Below are positions 37,196-46,703 of a stretch of 64,000 nt of DNA, in pieces. Origin of the DNA: Vicinamibacteria bacterium (GTDB lineage: Bacteria > Acidobacteriota > Vicinamibacteria > Vicinamibacterales > JAENWD01); NCBI GenBank assembly GCA_963806705.1, contig CAWDZE010000012.1, positions 515,553 through 579,552 of the forward strand, given 5' to 3'. The notes under the pieces are model-generated. The model was not told the origin of the DNA and ran no database searches. It saw nothing but the letters and a program-made list of their open reading frames with translations. Every line of letters starts with the position of its first letter. Within the stretch, counting starts at the first letter, position 1. The position numbers and the translations under genes are program-made.

Positions 37196-38266
37196 CTACC
37201 CCCTCACGGCGGGCGAGGCGAGCACGCCTTCGGCCACCAGCAACTCGGCGTTCAACACCGCCGCTCCCGCCGCTCCGCGCACGGTGTTGTGCCCGAGCGC
37301 GAAGAACTTGTACCCCAGAATCGGACACGTCCGCAGGCGTCCGACAGTGACCGTCATTCCGCCGTCGCGGTCGACGTCGAGACGCGGCTGCGGCCGGTTC
37401 TCCTCGTGGAGGTAGACGACAGGCTGGGTGGGCGCGCTCGGCAGCCTGTGGCGCTGCGGAGCGCCGCTGAAGGAGACCAGCGCGTGCCGCACCTCGTCGA
37501 GTGACGGCTGCTGATCGAGCTGCACCGCCACGGATTCTGTGTGGCCGTTGACCACCGCCACGCGCGTGGTCGATGCGCTGAGGACGACCGGATGCGGCAC
37601 GACCTGGCCGCGTTCGAGCGACCCGAGAATCTTCTTCGGCTCGGTTTCGATCTTGCCCTCCTCGCCCGGGATGAACGGCACGACGTTGCCCACCGCGTCG
37701 AGCGACGCGACGCCAGGGTAGCCGGCGCCTGACAGCGCCTGCAGCGTCGTGACCACCACTGATTTGAGGCCGTACTGGCGCAGCGGCGCCAGGGCCAGCG
37801 AGAGAATCACCGTCGAGCAGTTCGGGTTGGTGAGGATGGCCCCCGACCATCCGCGCGCGGCACGCTGGGTCTCGACCAGCGCGATGTGGTCGCTGTTGAT
37901 CTCCGGGACCAGCAGCGGCACGTCAGGCGCCATCCGGTGGTTGCGCGAGTTGCTGACCACGACGTGGCCGGCACGCGCGAAGGCCTCCTCGATCTCGCCG
38001 GCCACCGAGGCGTCCATCGCAGAGAAGACCAGCTCCGGCGCGCCATTGCCCGGCTTGGCCTCCTGCACGACCAGGTCGGCCAGGTCGGCTGGCGGCGGGA
38101 CAGGCAGCTTCCACGACGCGGCGTCGCGGTACTTCTGCCCGGCCGATCGCTCGCTGGCGCCGACCCAGGTGAGCTTGAACCACGGATGCGCATTGAGCTG
38201 CGCGATGAACTGCTGCCCCACCATTCCCGTGGCACCAAGAACGCCGACCTCGATTCGCTGTGACAT
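37196..38266 (-). CDS. asd: Aspartate-semialdehyde dehydrogenase (archaeal/fungal-like type)
   Basis: GATGMVGQ, NPNCST, QALSGAGYPG, HNTVRGAAG. Confidence 0.95.
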   Translation of the reverse strand: MSQRIEVGVLGATGMVGQQFIAQLNAHPWFKLTWVGASERSAGQKYRDAASWKLPVPPPADLADLVVQEAKPGNGAPELVFSAMDASVAGEIEEAFARAGHVVVSNSRNHRMAPDVPLLVPEINSDHIALVETQRAARGWSGAILTNPNCSTVILSLALAPLRQYGLKSVVVTTLQALSGAGYPGVASLDAVGNVVPFIPGEEGKIETEPKKILGSLERGQVVPHPVVLSASTTRVAVVNGHTESVAVQLDQQPSLDEVRHALVSFSGAPQRHRLPSAPTQPVVYLHEENRPQPRLDVDRDGGMTVTVGRLRTCPILGYKFFALGHNTVRGAAGAAVLNAELLVAEGVLASPAVRG

Positions 38267-38303
38267 GACGGTCCTCGTGTGTCGTTGTCGCCTTAGCCCG
38301 AAC

Positions 38304-38344
38304 AAAAAAAACCCGCCGTGCGGCTCTGGCCGCGTCGGCGGGTT
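38304..38344 (-). terminator. Intrinsic terminator (attenuator) upstream of asd
   Basis: Minus strand AACCCGCCG-ACGCGGCCAGAGCCGCA-CGGCGGGTTTTTTTT. Confidence 0.85.
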
Positions 38345-38370
38345 CTGGTTGCTCGTTAGTAACGCTCTTG

Positions 38371-38466
38371 CTAGTTCGTGTCGAGCCTCAGGGACACCAC
38401 CGCGCGGCCACCATGCTTTCGCATGGTAGTGGTCATAATCGCGGTAATGGTGCTGCGGCCCGTCAT
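38371..38466 (-). CDS. Putative attenuator leader peptide MTGRSTITAIMTTTMRKHGGRAVVSLRLDTN
   Basis: 31-aa ORF with a Thr/Ile/Met/Lys cluster, between a sigma70 promoter and a terminator. Confidence 0.75.
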   Translation of the reverse strand: MTGRSTITAIMTTTMRKHGGRAVVSLRLDTN

Positions 38467-38475
38467 TTCCCGGGC

Positions 38476-38505
38476 AGTATAAGGGCAGAGCCTGCCGCCG
38501 GTCAA
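38476..38505 (-). promoter_or_regulatory. Sigma70-type promoter of leader-asd-lysC
   Basis: TTGACC (38500-38505), 18 nt, TATACT (38476-38481). Confidence 0.75.
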
Positions 38506-38542
38506 CCTGGCGGGGCCGCCACTGCCCCTGCCCCCAACCTGC

Positions 38543-39268
38543 TCAGTTCTGCGTCCGCTTGAACAGCAGCGGCAGGCTCAGCGGCCCCTGGCTCCAGGTG
38601 CCGCTGATCTGCCCGTCCTTCACGTCGCCTTCGAAGGTGGCTCCGATCGCGCCGATGTTGAGCTGAAGGTGCGAGGCGTTTTGCGTGATCGATGAGATCG
38701 CGAGTTCTCCGCCGCCCTGATCGACGCTGATCAGCGTGCCCGTCGCGCCGCTCCCGGCGTTTGCGAGCGTCAGCCGCAGGCGTAAGATGGTGCCCTCCAC
38801 GTTCAGCGCCCCTTCCCAGGATCCTTCGACGTCTTTGGTAACGGGCGTGCTTTTCGCGCGATCCTGCCGTTGGGCCTCGCCTTTCCAGCTGAGCGTGAAC
38901 GGCAGCGTCACGCCGCCCTGACTGAAGTCGCCGGCGATCGACTTGCCGTCCTTCGACACCGTCCCGGCAAACTGCGGGTCTCCGGGCACTCCCTTCATCG
39001 CAAAGCTCACGGCGCTCTCCTTGACGGTGATGTCCGACAACGGCATCGCTTTGACGTTCTGGGCGGGAATGGCAATCGCGCCTTCCCATTTCGAGTCGGC
39101 GTTGGTTGCCAGGTCGACGGAAATCGCCAGCTCCTGGCCCGGCACCTGGATGGTGCCTTCCCAGTGGCCAGCGGGACTCGCCGGGGCCTGTGCCGCAACC
39201 GGGCCACCCGCTAAGCCGATTGTCGCGGCGAGCATCGACATCACTCCGAGGATTTCGCGTGTAGTCAT
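38543..39268 (-). CDS. Secreted hypothetical protein with two tandem beta-rich repeats
   Basis: Signal peptide; repeats GHWEGTI...GDFSQGGVTLPFTL and GSWEGAL...GTWSQGPLSLPLLF. Confidence 0.7.
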   Translation of the reverse strand: MTTREILGVMSMLAATIGLAGGPVAAQAPASPAGHWEGTIQVPGQELAISVDLATNADSKWEGAIAIPAQNVKAMPLSDITVKESAVSFAMKGVPGDPQFAGTVSKDGKSIAGDFSQGGVTLPFTLSWKGEAQRQDRAKSTPVTKDVEGSWEGALNVEGTILRLRLTLANAGSGATGTLISVDQGGGELAISSITQNASHLQLNIGAIGATFEGDVKDGQISGTWSQGPLSLPLLFKRTQN

Positions 39269-39283
39269 GACAACTCCTTGCCT

Positions 39284-40315
39284 TCAGGCCTTGCTCTTCA
39301 GAAACAGCCGAATCGCTTTCACGACCTCACGACGCTTCTCGGTCATGAATCGCGTGTGGGTGGTGTCTGGAAGCTCCACGATCGTGATCGTCGTCACGCC
39401 CGCGCGCAGCTGCTCGATCTGCTCGCGCTGCATCGGCATGACGACGGTCTCGTGAAAGTCACCCGCACGGCGCCGCAGGTCGGCATCGGCGCTCTCGGGC
39501 AGATCGGGACGCGCGGGAATCGCGAACACGGCCAATGCCGGCGCCTTGACCGCGGCGTAGTCGGGCGGCGAGGCCATACCGCTCGTGATGACCTCCTGTG
39601 CCATCGTGAGCGACGCCGGCAGGGCCTTCACGCGGCCGTCGGCGTCGAGGTACATCTCGCGGGTGTCGGCCTCGACGGCCTGGCACCACGGACCGATGTC
39701 GCGCTGGTACCACGCCCGAAAGGTCGCGAAGGACTCGCGGTCGCCGGGGGCCGGAAATGGAAGCCGCGTGTTCCTGACCGGATTGCCCGCAAGGCGCCCG
39801 GCCCACTTCTGCGCGAATGCCGACGAGTGATCGTAGGCGGAATCCAGGTACAACACGCCAGCGACGCGCTCGGGATGCCGCGTGGCGACGAGCGCCGCCT
39901 CGACGCCTCCGGCCGACACTCCCGCAATGAACACCCGCTTCAACCGGAGCATGTCGAGGAACTGGCGAATGTCCTCGACGAGCACGTCGAGCGCGTAGCC
40001 GGTTGCGGGGCTGTCGGACTTGCCGTGGCCGCGCCGGGTCAACGCGATCACGCGAAAGTCCTTCGCGAGTGCCGGCGCGATCTCGTCGAAGCCGTGGGCC
40101 GATCCAAACAGGCCCGCCAGCATCAGCAGAGGCGGCCCGTCACCGCCCCAATCGAGGTAGTGCAGCCTCACGCCGTTCACCGACACGAAATCGCTCTTGT
40201 GTCGCGACTGATCCCGCCAGGGATCAGCCACGTCATCGGCCAATGCGTCAGGCCGCGCCAGGAGCGTGCCGATCAGCAGCCCAAGCGTGACACCGAGAAT
40301 TCGATGGAACCTCAT
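39284..40315 (-). CDS. Secreted alpha/beta hydrolase
   Basis: Signal peptide; LHYLDWGG, TRRGHGKS, GVSAGG nucleophile elbow. Confidence 0.88.
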   Translation of the reverse strand: MRFHRILGVTLGLLIGTLLARPDALADDVADPWRDQSRHKSDFVSVNGVRLHYLDWGGDGPPLLMLAGLFGSAHGFDEIAPALAKDFRVIALTRRGHGKSDSPATGYALDVLVEDIRQFLDMLRLKRVFIAGVSAGGVEAALVATRHPERVAGVLYLDSAYDHSSAFAQKWAGRLAGNPVRNTRLPFPAPGDRESFATFRAWYQRDIGPWCQAVEADTREMYLDADGRVKALPASLTMAQEVITSGMASPPDYAAVKAPALAVFAIPARPDLPESADADLRRRAGDFHETVVMPMQREQIEQLRAGVTTITIVELPDTTHTRFMTEKRREVVKAIRLFLKSKA

Positions 40316-40341
40316 GACGTTTCTCGCCAGAAATCGCGACG

Positions 40342-41083
40342 TCAGAAGTCGCGGCGCTCCATGACCCGCACGGACCACGCGATGAGCGCACAGCCCACAC
40401 CAGCGCTCAGGGCCAGGCCAGTCCATGGCATCCGGTGTTCGAAGAAGTAGTCGCGCGCCGTTCATCACGCGAAGGATGCTGTACGGGGTCACATCCTTGG
40501 CCACGAAGGTGAAGAGGATGCAGAGCACCATCAAAGCGCCAGCGGCCGTGAAGGCCGCCGCGTCGTTCATCACCACGCGGAGGAACATCGTCAGGCCGAA
40601 GAATCCGAGCCCACTCACCAGGAGAATCAGGGAGTGCACCAGGGCATCCTCGACCGGGTAGTGCTGGCCTCGAAGCGGCGCCATCGCGGACAGGAGCAGC
40701 GAAGGTAGAACCGTGAAGGCCGCTATCTGGGCGAAGACCACCGCCAGGCGCGTCAGCGCGATGCGCCGGCGCGTTACGGGCAGCGACAGCAGGTACTCGC
40801 GGCCGCCGGCGCTCTCGAACCCGGTGCCTGCGAGCGCGATCACGTACACCGGCCAGAACAGCAGCATCGTCGTGCTGAACCAGCGGACCCACACGTAGCC
40901 GCGGAAATCACCCGAGCGGAGCTGAGCCATCTCGGCGGGCAGCACGCCGAGCGCGCCGTTGGGGTACGACGTCACCGGGTCCATCGGGTAGGCCACGTAG
41001 AGCGCGACGACCTGTGCCGCCAGCAGCAGCATCCCGAGGAAGAACCAGTGCCGAGTCTCGAGCCACGATTTGTACCAGAGCAT
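40342..41083 (-). CDS. ABC-2 type permease (frameshift near 40450 gives an apparent fusion to the hydrolase)
   Basis: MLWYKSWLETR, EYLLSLPVTRRRI; the alternative frame ends ...ERRDF*. Confidence 0.8.
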
Positions 41084-41093
41084 GACGTGCCTC

Positions 41094-42003
41094 CTATCGA
41101 TCTCCTGATGCGGCGGCATCGAGAAAGATGTCCGTCAGCGTGACGGGCGTGACCTCGATCTCGCGCGCGTGATGTTCGCGAGCTTCGGCAACGACCTCGT
41201 CGACGCGCCGGCTGACGAGCAACGACAACATCCGGCCCTCGGCGCGGGCCTGCCGGACGCCGGCGACGCGCTGCAGCGCATCGGGCGGCGGGCCGTCGAA
41301 TACCAGCACCACGCGCCGGTAGCTGGCCTTCAATTCGTCGATCGCCTCTTCGAAGACGAGCCGGCCCTTTTCGATGATCCCGACGCGATCAGCGATCTGG
41401 TTCACGACGTCGAGGCGGTGCGAGGAGAAAAAGATCGTCATCGCGGGGTTCTCTGCTGCGGCCCGCACGAGGGCCTGCAGTGACCCGTTCGTTGATGGCG
41501 GGATCGAGCCCTTCGGTCGGTTCGTCGAGCAGCAGCAGCTCGGCGCCCCGCGAAAGGGCCAGCACCAGCGCGAAGGCGGTGCGCGTGCCCTTCGAGAAAC
41601 GACCCACGTGCTGTCGTCGCGGGATCTCGAAGAGGCCCAGGTACTCCTGCTCGAGGTCCACGCGCCAACCCGGGAAGAGCGGCCGCGAGATCGCCAGGAC
41701 CTGCTCGGCCGTCAACGACGGCCAGGCGGCGCGATCCTCGCCGACGTGCGCCGTCCTTCGGCGAATTGCAACCCCGTCCTGCGTATCGCCCACGCGGTGG
41801 CCGAGGACGAATCCCTCGCCGGCGGTTACGCGGATCATCCCCATCAGCGCCTTGATGGTCGTGGTCTTCCCGGCACCGTTCCGGCCGAGGAACCCGAAGA
41901 TCGACCCGGTCGGCACCTGAAGGTCGAGCCCGGCCAGGGCGTCGACGCTGCCGTAGCGCTTTCGGAGTCCTCGCAGGTCGATGGCGGCAGCTGGCGTGCT
42001 CAT
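41094..42003 (-). CDS. ABC transporter ATP-binding protein (frameshift near 41480)
   Basis: [24 protein letters not shown]. Confidence 0.9.
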
Positions 42004-42398
42004 CCCTTCCTCACACGCGGCTTGTCGCTCAGCCGCAACAGTTCTGCCTCGAACAGGCGACGGATCTCGTCGGGCGTCAGGCCGCTGGCCACCAGGCGAT
42101 CGACGGCGGCTTGGAGCACGGGCTGCGCCCTTTTCACCTGCGCCACGCGGCTGGTCGAGCCGCTGTCGGCGACAAACGCGCCGGCTCCCTGCCTCAACTC
42201 GATGACCCCCGCGTGCTCGAGGTCGCGATACGCCTTGGCGACGGTGTTCGGGTTGATCACGAGGTCCTCGGCGACGCGCCGAATGGCCGGCAGCTGGTCA
42301 CCGGGCCGCAAAGCGCCCAGATCGATGGCGTGCTTCACCTGCTCGATCAGCTGGAGATAGACGGGCACGCCGGACGATGGATTCGAGCGGAACAACAT
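42000..42398 (-). CDS. YtrA-subfamily GntR regulator
   Basis: PVYLQLIEQVK..GDQLPAIR..INPNTVAKAYRDLE; short C-terminus; heads an ABC operon. Confidence 0.92.
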   Translation of the reverse strand: MLFRSNPSSGVPVYLQLIEQVKHAIDLGALRPGDQLPAIRRVAEDLVINPNTVAKAYRDLEHAGVIELRQGAGAFVADSGSTSRVAQVKRAQPVLQAAVDRLVASGLTPDEIRRLFEAELLRLSDKPRVRKG

Positions 42399-42401
42399 AA
42401 G

Positions 42402-42421
42402 TGTATTAGTCAACTAGTACA
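42402..42421. promoter_or_regulatory. YtrA-type operator palindrome
   Basis: TGTATTAGT-CA-ACTAGTACA directly upstream of the regulator start. Confidence 0.7.
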
Positions 42422-42555
42422 GTAGCACTGTCGGAGTGACGTGTCAACGCCTGCCCTCCGGCAGGGCGCTCGTCATGCATCCAAGTTATGGAGACAATGC
42501 AGCGCATAAACTTGACCCGAGCCTCCGCCGTGCGGGACCATACGGGATCCTGACG

Positions 42556-43838
42556 ATGAGCACGCAAACCGCCCGTGTGGCGCTGCTGGGTTTTGGCACA
42601 GTGGGACGCGCCGTGGCGCAGATTCTCACCGAGAGGCCGCCGGCCGGCGTCCGCCTCACGCTCATCTACAACCGCAACGTCGCGCGCAAGCGCGCCGACT
42701 GGGTGTCGTCCGACGTCGTCTGGACCGACAACATCGAGGCGGTGTTCGCCTCGGACGCAGACGTCATCGTCGAGCTCATCGGCGGACGCGATCCCGCTGG
42801 CGCCTGGGTGCGGCGCGCGCTCGAGTCCGGGCGCTCGGTCGTCACGGCCAACAAACAGCTCATCGCGCACGAGGGCCGCGACCTGCTCCGGCTGGCCGGC
42901 GACCAGAGGCGGCACCTGCGGTTTGAAGCGACGGTCGCCGGCGGCATTCCGGTCATCGGCGCCTTGCGCGACGGCATCGCGGGCGACCGCATCGAGCGGA
43001 TCGCCGGCATCCTCAACGGGACCTGCAACTACATCCTCACCAGCATGGAGTCGGCGGGCGCGACGTTTGCCGATGCGCTGGCCAAGGCGCAGGCGCTTGG
43101 CTACGCTGAAACCGATCCGACCGACGACGTCGAAGGCTACGACGCGCGCGCGAAGCTCGCGATTCTCTGCGCGGTCGGCCTGCGGGTGCAGGTCGCTCCC
43201 GCCGACATCGCCTGCCGCCCCATCACGTCGGTCGATTCGGTGGACTTCCAGTGACGCGGACCAGCTTCAGTGCACGATCCGGCAGATTTCACAGGCCGAG
43301 CTCGATCCGGCCGACGCGACGCGCGTGGTGGCGTCGGTGCGGCCCTCGCTGGTGCCACGCAGGTCGATGCTCGCCCGCTCGGAAGGCAGCAAGAACCTGA
43401 TCGTCGCGCGAGGGCACTACGGCGGCGACACCGTGTACAGCGGATCTGGGGCCGGTGGCGGCCCGACCTCCGTCGCGGTGGTCTCGGATCTTGCCGCCAT
43501 CGCCGCGCTCGAGCCGGAACGGCCCGTCGCGACGCCGCCTCCAGCCGGCCTCGCACGTGGACCCGGAGTTCCTGACCGCGCACTACCTGCGGTTTGTCGT
43601 CAAGGATCGACCCGGCGTGCTCGCCGCGCTGGCGGCGATCCTGGCGTCGCACGACATCAACATCGACGCGGTGCTGCAGCAGCGAGCCCACAGCAAGGAG
43701 GCCAACGCGTTTGTCGTGACGATCGAACCGTGCGCGCCCGCGACGCTGGCCACCGCGCTTTCGGAGATCGCCCGGCTCGATTTTCACGTCGCGCCGACGG
43801 TCGACCTGCCGATCCTGGACAACGGGAGCGGGGCGTGA
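42556..43838 (+). CDS. hom: Homoserine dehydrogenase with ACT domain (frameshifts near 43250 and 43545)
   Basis: LLGFGTVG, VVTANK, FEATVAGGIP, GILNGTCNYIL, GSGAGGGPT, YLRFVVKDRPGVLA. Confidence 0.92.
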
Positions 43839-44782
43839 GCGTCACCGATCGCACCGTCCACCGGGTGCTGAGCGTCGAAGACGCCCGCCGCACACTCGAG
43901 GGCCGCGAGTTCGTGGTTCCCGCCTCGATTGCCAACCTGGGCCCTGGCTTCGATACGCTGGCTGTGGCCGTGCAGCTCTACCTGCGGGTGCGGGTGACGG
44001 GCGTCGATCCGACGGCTCGCAATGCCGTGCGCAGCCGGTTCGGCGCAGTCGCGCTCGAGGGCGACGACTACGTCGCGCGCAGCATCGGCACGCTGGCCGC
44101 CCGCGAGAGCGTGGACTACCCCGCGCTCGACCTGGAGATCGCCAGCGACATCCCCATGCAGGCTGGCCTTGGCAGCAGCGCCGCGGCGATCGTCGCCGGG
44201 CTGCAGATTTTCGAGGCGTTGGCGGGTCCGGCCAACCGCGACCTGATTGCGGAAGGGACCGCCTTCGAGGGCCATCCAGACAACATCGCGGCGGCCGTGC
44301 TCGGCGGCCTGACGAGCGCCTGCCTGTGCGACGACGGGCGTGTGCTGTGCGCCTCGACGCCCTGGCCAGGTGGGATTCGCTTCGTGGCTGCGATGCCCGA
44401 GTCGCGCGTGAAGACTCCCGAAGCGCGCCGCGTGCTGCCGGCCTCGCTCTCGCGCGCCGACGCGATCTTCAACCTGCAGCGCGTGGCACTGCTGCTGCAG
44501 GCGCTGCAGACCAACCGTCCGGCGCTGCTGCGCGAGGCGCTGCGCGACAAGTGGCACCAGCCGTACCGGGCCAGCCTGGTGCCGGGGCTTGCCGAGGCCC
44601 TCGCGCTCGATCACCCGGACCTGCTTGGCGTCTGCCTCAGCGGGTCGGGCCCGACCGTGGTGGCACTGGCCGCAGGCGACACCGGCGGCATCGAAGAGGC
44701 ACTGGCGGCGATCTACGCGCGGCTCGGGGTGCCGTGCCGCCTGCGCGTGTTGAACGCGCACAATGGTTTTGGGGATCTATGA
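43835..44782 (+). CDS. thrB: Homoserine kinase
   Basis: VPASIANLGPGFD, IPMQAGLGSSAA, EGHPDN, LSGSGPT. Confidence 0.94.
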   Translation: MSVTDRTVHRVLSVEDARRTLEGREFVVPASIANLGPGFDTLAVAVQLYLRVRVTGVDPTARNAVRSRFGAVALEGDDYVARSIGTLAARESVDYPALDLEIASDIPMQAGLGSSAAAIVAGLQIFEALAGPANRDLIAEGTAFEGHPDNIAAAVLGGLTSACLCDDGRVLCASTPWPGGIRFVAAMPESRVKTPEARRVLPASLSRADAIFNLQRVALLLQALQTNRPALLREALRDKWHQPYRASLVPGLAEALALDHPDLLGVCLSGSGPTVVALAAGDTGGIEEALAAIYARLGVPCRLRVLNAHNGFGDL

Positions 44783-46008
44783 CCTACTTCACAGGCCTTC
44801 GCTGCCGGATGTGCGGGACGCCGTTTCCCGCCGAAGCGCTCTTCGTCTGCGATCAGTGTCTCGGACCGCTCGAGGTCACCTACGACTACGACGCCATCGG
44901 ACGCGCCGTCACGCGCGACCAGGTGAGCGCCCGGCCGCAGAACCTCTGGCGCTATCGCGAGCTGCTGCCCGTCAACGAACCGCGGACGGGCTTCTATTCC
45001 GGATTCACCCCGCTCGTAAAGGCCGACCGGCTCGCACGACGGCTTGGTGTCCGCGAGCTGTACGTCAAGGACGACTCGGTCAACCACCCGACCTTTTCGT
45101 ACAAGGACCGCGTGGTGTCGGTGGCGGCCTCGCGCGCGGTGGACCTGGGCTTCGAGGTCTTTGCCTGCGCCTCGACTGGCAACCTGGCCAACAGCGTCGC
45201 GGCCCACGCGGCGCGCCTCGGGTTGATCTGCTACGTCTTCATTCCGGACAACCTCGAAGCCGCCAAGGTGATGGGCTCGGCCATCTACCGGCCCCGCGTG
45301 ATCGCCGTCAAGGGCAACTACGACGACATCAACCGGCTCTGTACACAGATCGCCGACCGGCACGGCTGGGGTTTTGCCAACATCAACCTGCGCACCTACT
45401 ACGCGGAAGGCGCCAAGACGTACGGCTTCGAGATCGTCGAGCAGCTCGACTGGCAGTTCCCACGCCACGTCGTCTGTCCGGTCGCCGGCGGGACACTGCT
45501 GCCGCGCATCGGACGGGCGTTTGACGAGCTGAAGACGCTTGGCTGGGCAAGCGGCGACCTGCCGCGCATGCACGCCGTGCAGGCGGCCGGATCGGCGCCC
45601 GTGGTCCGGGCGTTCCAGGCCGGTGCCGAGTTCCCTGAACCGGTGAAGCCGGACACCATCGCGAAGTCGATTGCCATCGGCAATCCCGCAGACGGCTATC
45701 ACGTGCTGCAGACGCTGCGCGAAACCGGCGGCACGGCCACGATGGTGAGCGACGAGGAGATCCTGCAGTCGGTGACGCTGCTCGCGGAGACCGAGGGGAT
45801 CTTCACCGAGCCCGCCGGTGGCGCGACGCTGGCAGGCGCGGTCGCGCTCATCAAGAGCGGCGCGATTCCGCCCGACGAGCCGGTGGTGGTGTGCATCACC
45901 GGCAACGGCTACAAGACCGCCGACGTCATGCAGGGCCGCATCGACGCGCCGGTTCATCTCGGCAAGGGGCTCGCCGAGTTCGAAGACTACCTGGCGGCGA
46001 AAGTCTAG
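44779..46008 (+). CDS. thrC: Threonine synthase
   Basis: N-terminal CxxC/CxxC; PTFSYKDR PLP lysine, ASTGN, ITGNGYK. Confidence 0.9.
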   Translation: MTYFTGLRCRMCGTPFPAEALFVCDQCLGPLEVTYDYDAIGRAVTRDQVSARPQNLWRYRELLPVNEPRTGFYSGFTPLVKADRLARRLGVRELYVKDDSVNHPTFSYKDRVVSVAASRAVDLGFEVFACASTGNLANSVAAHAARLGLICYVFIPDNLEAAKVMGSAIYRPRVIAVKGNYDDINRLCTQIADRHGWGFANINLRTYYAEGAKTYGFEIVEQLDWQFPRHVVCPVAGGTLLPRIGRAFDELKTLGWASGDLPRMHAVQAAGSAPVVRAFQAGAEFPEPVKPDTIAKSIAIGNPADGYHVLQTLRETGGTATMVSDEEILQSVTLLAETEGIFTEPAGGATLAGAVALIKSGAIPPDEPVVVCITGNGYKTADVMQGRIDAPVHLGKGLAEFEDYLAAKV

Positions 46009-46703
46009 AAACGCACGAGCAGCGCCGCCACCACCGCCCATTGGTTGCGGCGCGTCGTGTCCTCATCCAGCTCGACGCCGCCTGACCGCACGTAGAGGCG
46101 CGCATCGCCGCGCAGCCCCAGCCCGCGGATGAACCCGCGGGGACGGTTCACGAAGAAATACTTCACGCCGCCACCGCCGTGGAACACCGTGCCGGGGTCG
46201 TCGGTCAGCATCTGCTCTTCATCGAGTTGCCGCAGGTATCCTGCGCCCCCGGCGACAAACGGCAATGCGCGGCCGCCGGCAAACGCCAGCGCATTGAGGT
46301 GCCACACAGCCGACGCCTCGATGAAGTAGGTGTCGAGGTCCTGCGCCACTGTGACGTCAGGTATGTCCTCCACGTCTGACGTGATCTTCGATTCCAGTGT
46401 GGCGCGGGTCCAGACAAACCCGCCTTCGACGGCCAGGGCGCGCGTGATGTTGAACGCCAGCCGCCCGTCGAGGCCAACGCCGGTGCCGAGGTCTGACGCG
46501 GCGCGGAACAGCGTGGAGTCCGGCCCGGACGACTGATTTGCGATAAGGCTGGCCGTGGCCGACCCGAAATCCACTCCTCCGACGGCGATGACCCCGGCCG
46601 ACAGCTCGAACGACCGCGGGCGCGGCGCCGGGTTCTGTTGGGCCAGTGCGGTCGTCGGCGTCAGCATCAGTGCCAGCCACAGCAGCGGCCGCACGCGGCT
46701 CAC
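46005..46703 (-). CDS. Outer-membrane beta-barrel protein (8-strand type)
   Basis: Signal peptide, amphipathic strands (PFVAGGAG, GGGVKYF), C-terminal Phe. Confidence 0.75.
   Translation of the reverse strand: MSRVRPLLWLALMLTPTTALAQQNPAPRPRSFELSAGVIAVGGVDFGSATASLIANQSSGPDSTLFRAASDLGTGVGLDGRLAFNITRALAVEGGFVWTRATLESKITSDVEDIPDVTVAQDLDTYFIEASAVWHLNALAFAGGRALPFVAGGAGYLRQLDEEQMLTDDPGTVFHGGGGVKYFFVNRPRGFIRGLGLRGDARLYVRSGGVELDEDTTRRNQWAVVAALLVRF

Noticed and set aside
38290-38470. Lysine or SAM riboswitch, or T-box, upstream of asd
   Set aside because: No recognisable consensus (no T-box AAGGTGGTACC-like or SAM-I core); the leader-peptide model explains the elements
39284-41119. 611-aa permease-hydrolase fusion
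   Set aside because: The alternative frame gives a normal permease end (RRDF*) and the hydrolase has its own ATG and signal peptide; likely indel
43240-43262. In-frame TGA in hom as selenocysteine or readthrough
   Set aside because: The downstream homology is in another frame, so this is an indel and not recoding; no SECIS-like hairpin evident
42575-44782. 735-aa Hom-ThrB fusion
   Set aside because: Produced by frameshifts in hom; thrB has its own GTGA-coupled start
44779-46008. ThrC as a sulfur-carrier-dependent cysteine/homocysteine synthase
   Set aside because: No adjacent MoaD/ThiS or MoeB; hom-thrB context supports threonine synthase
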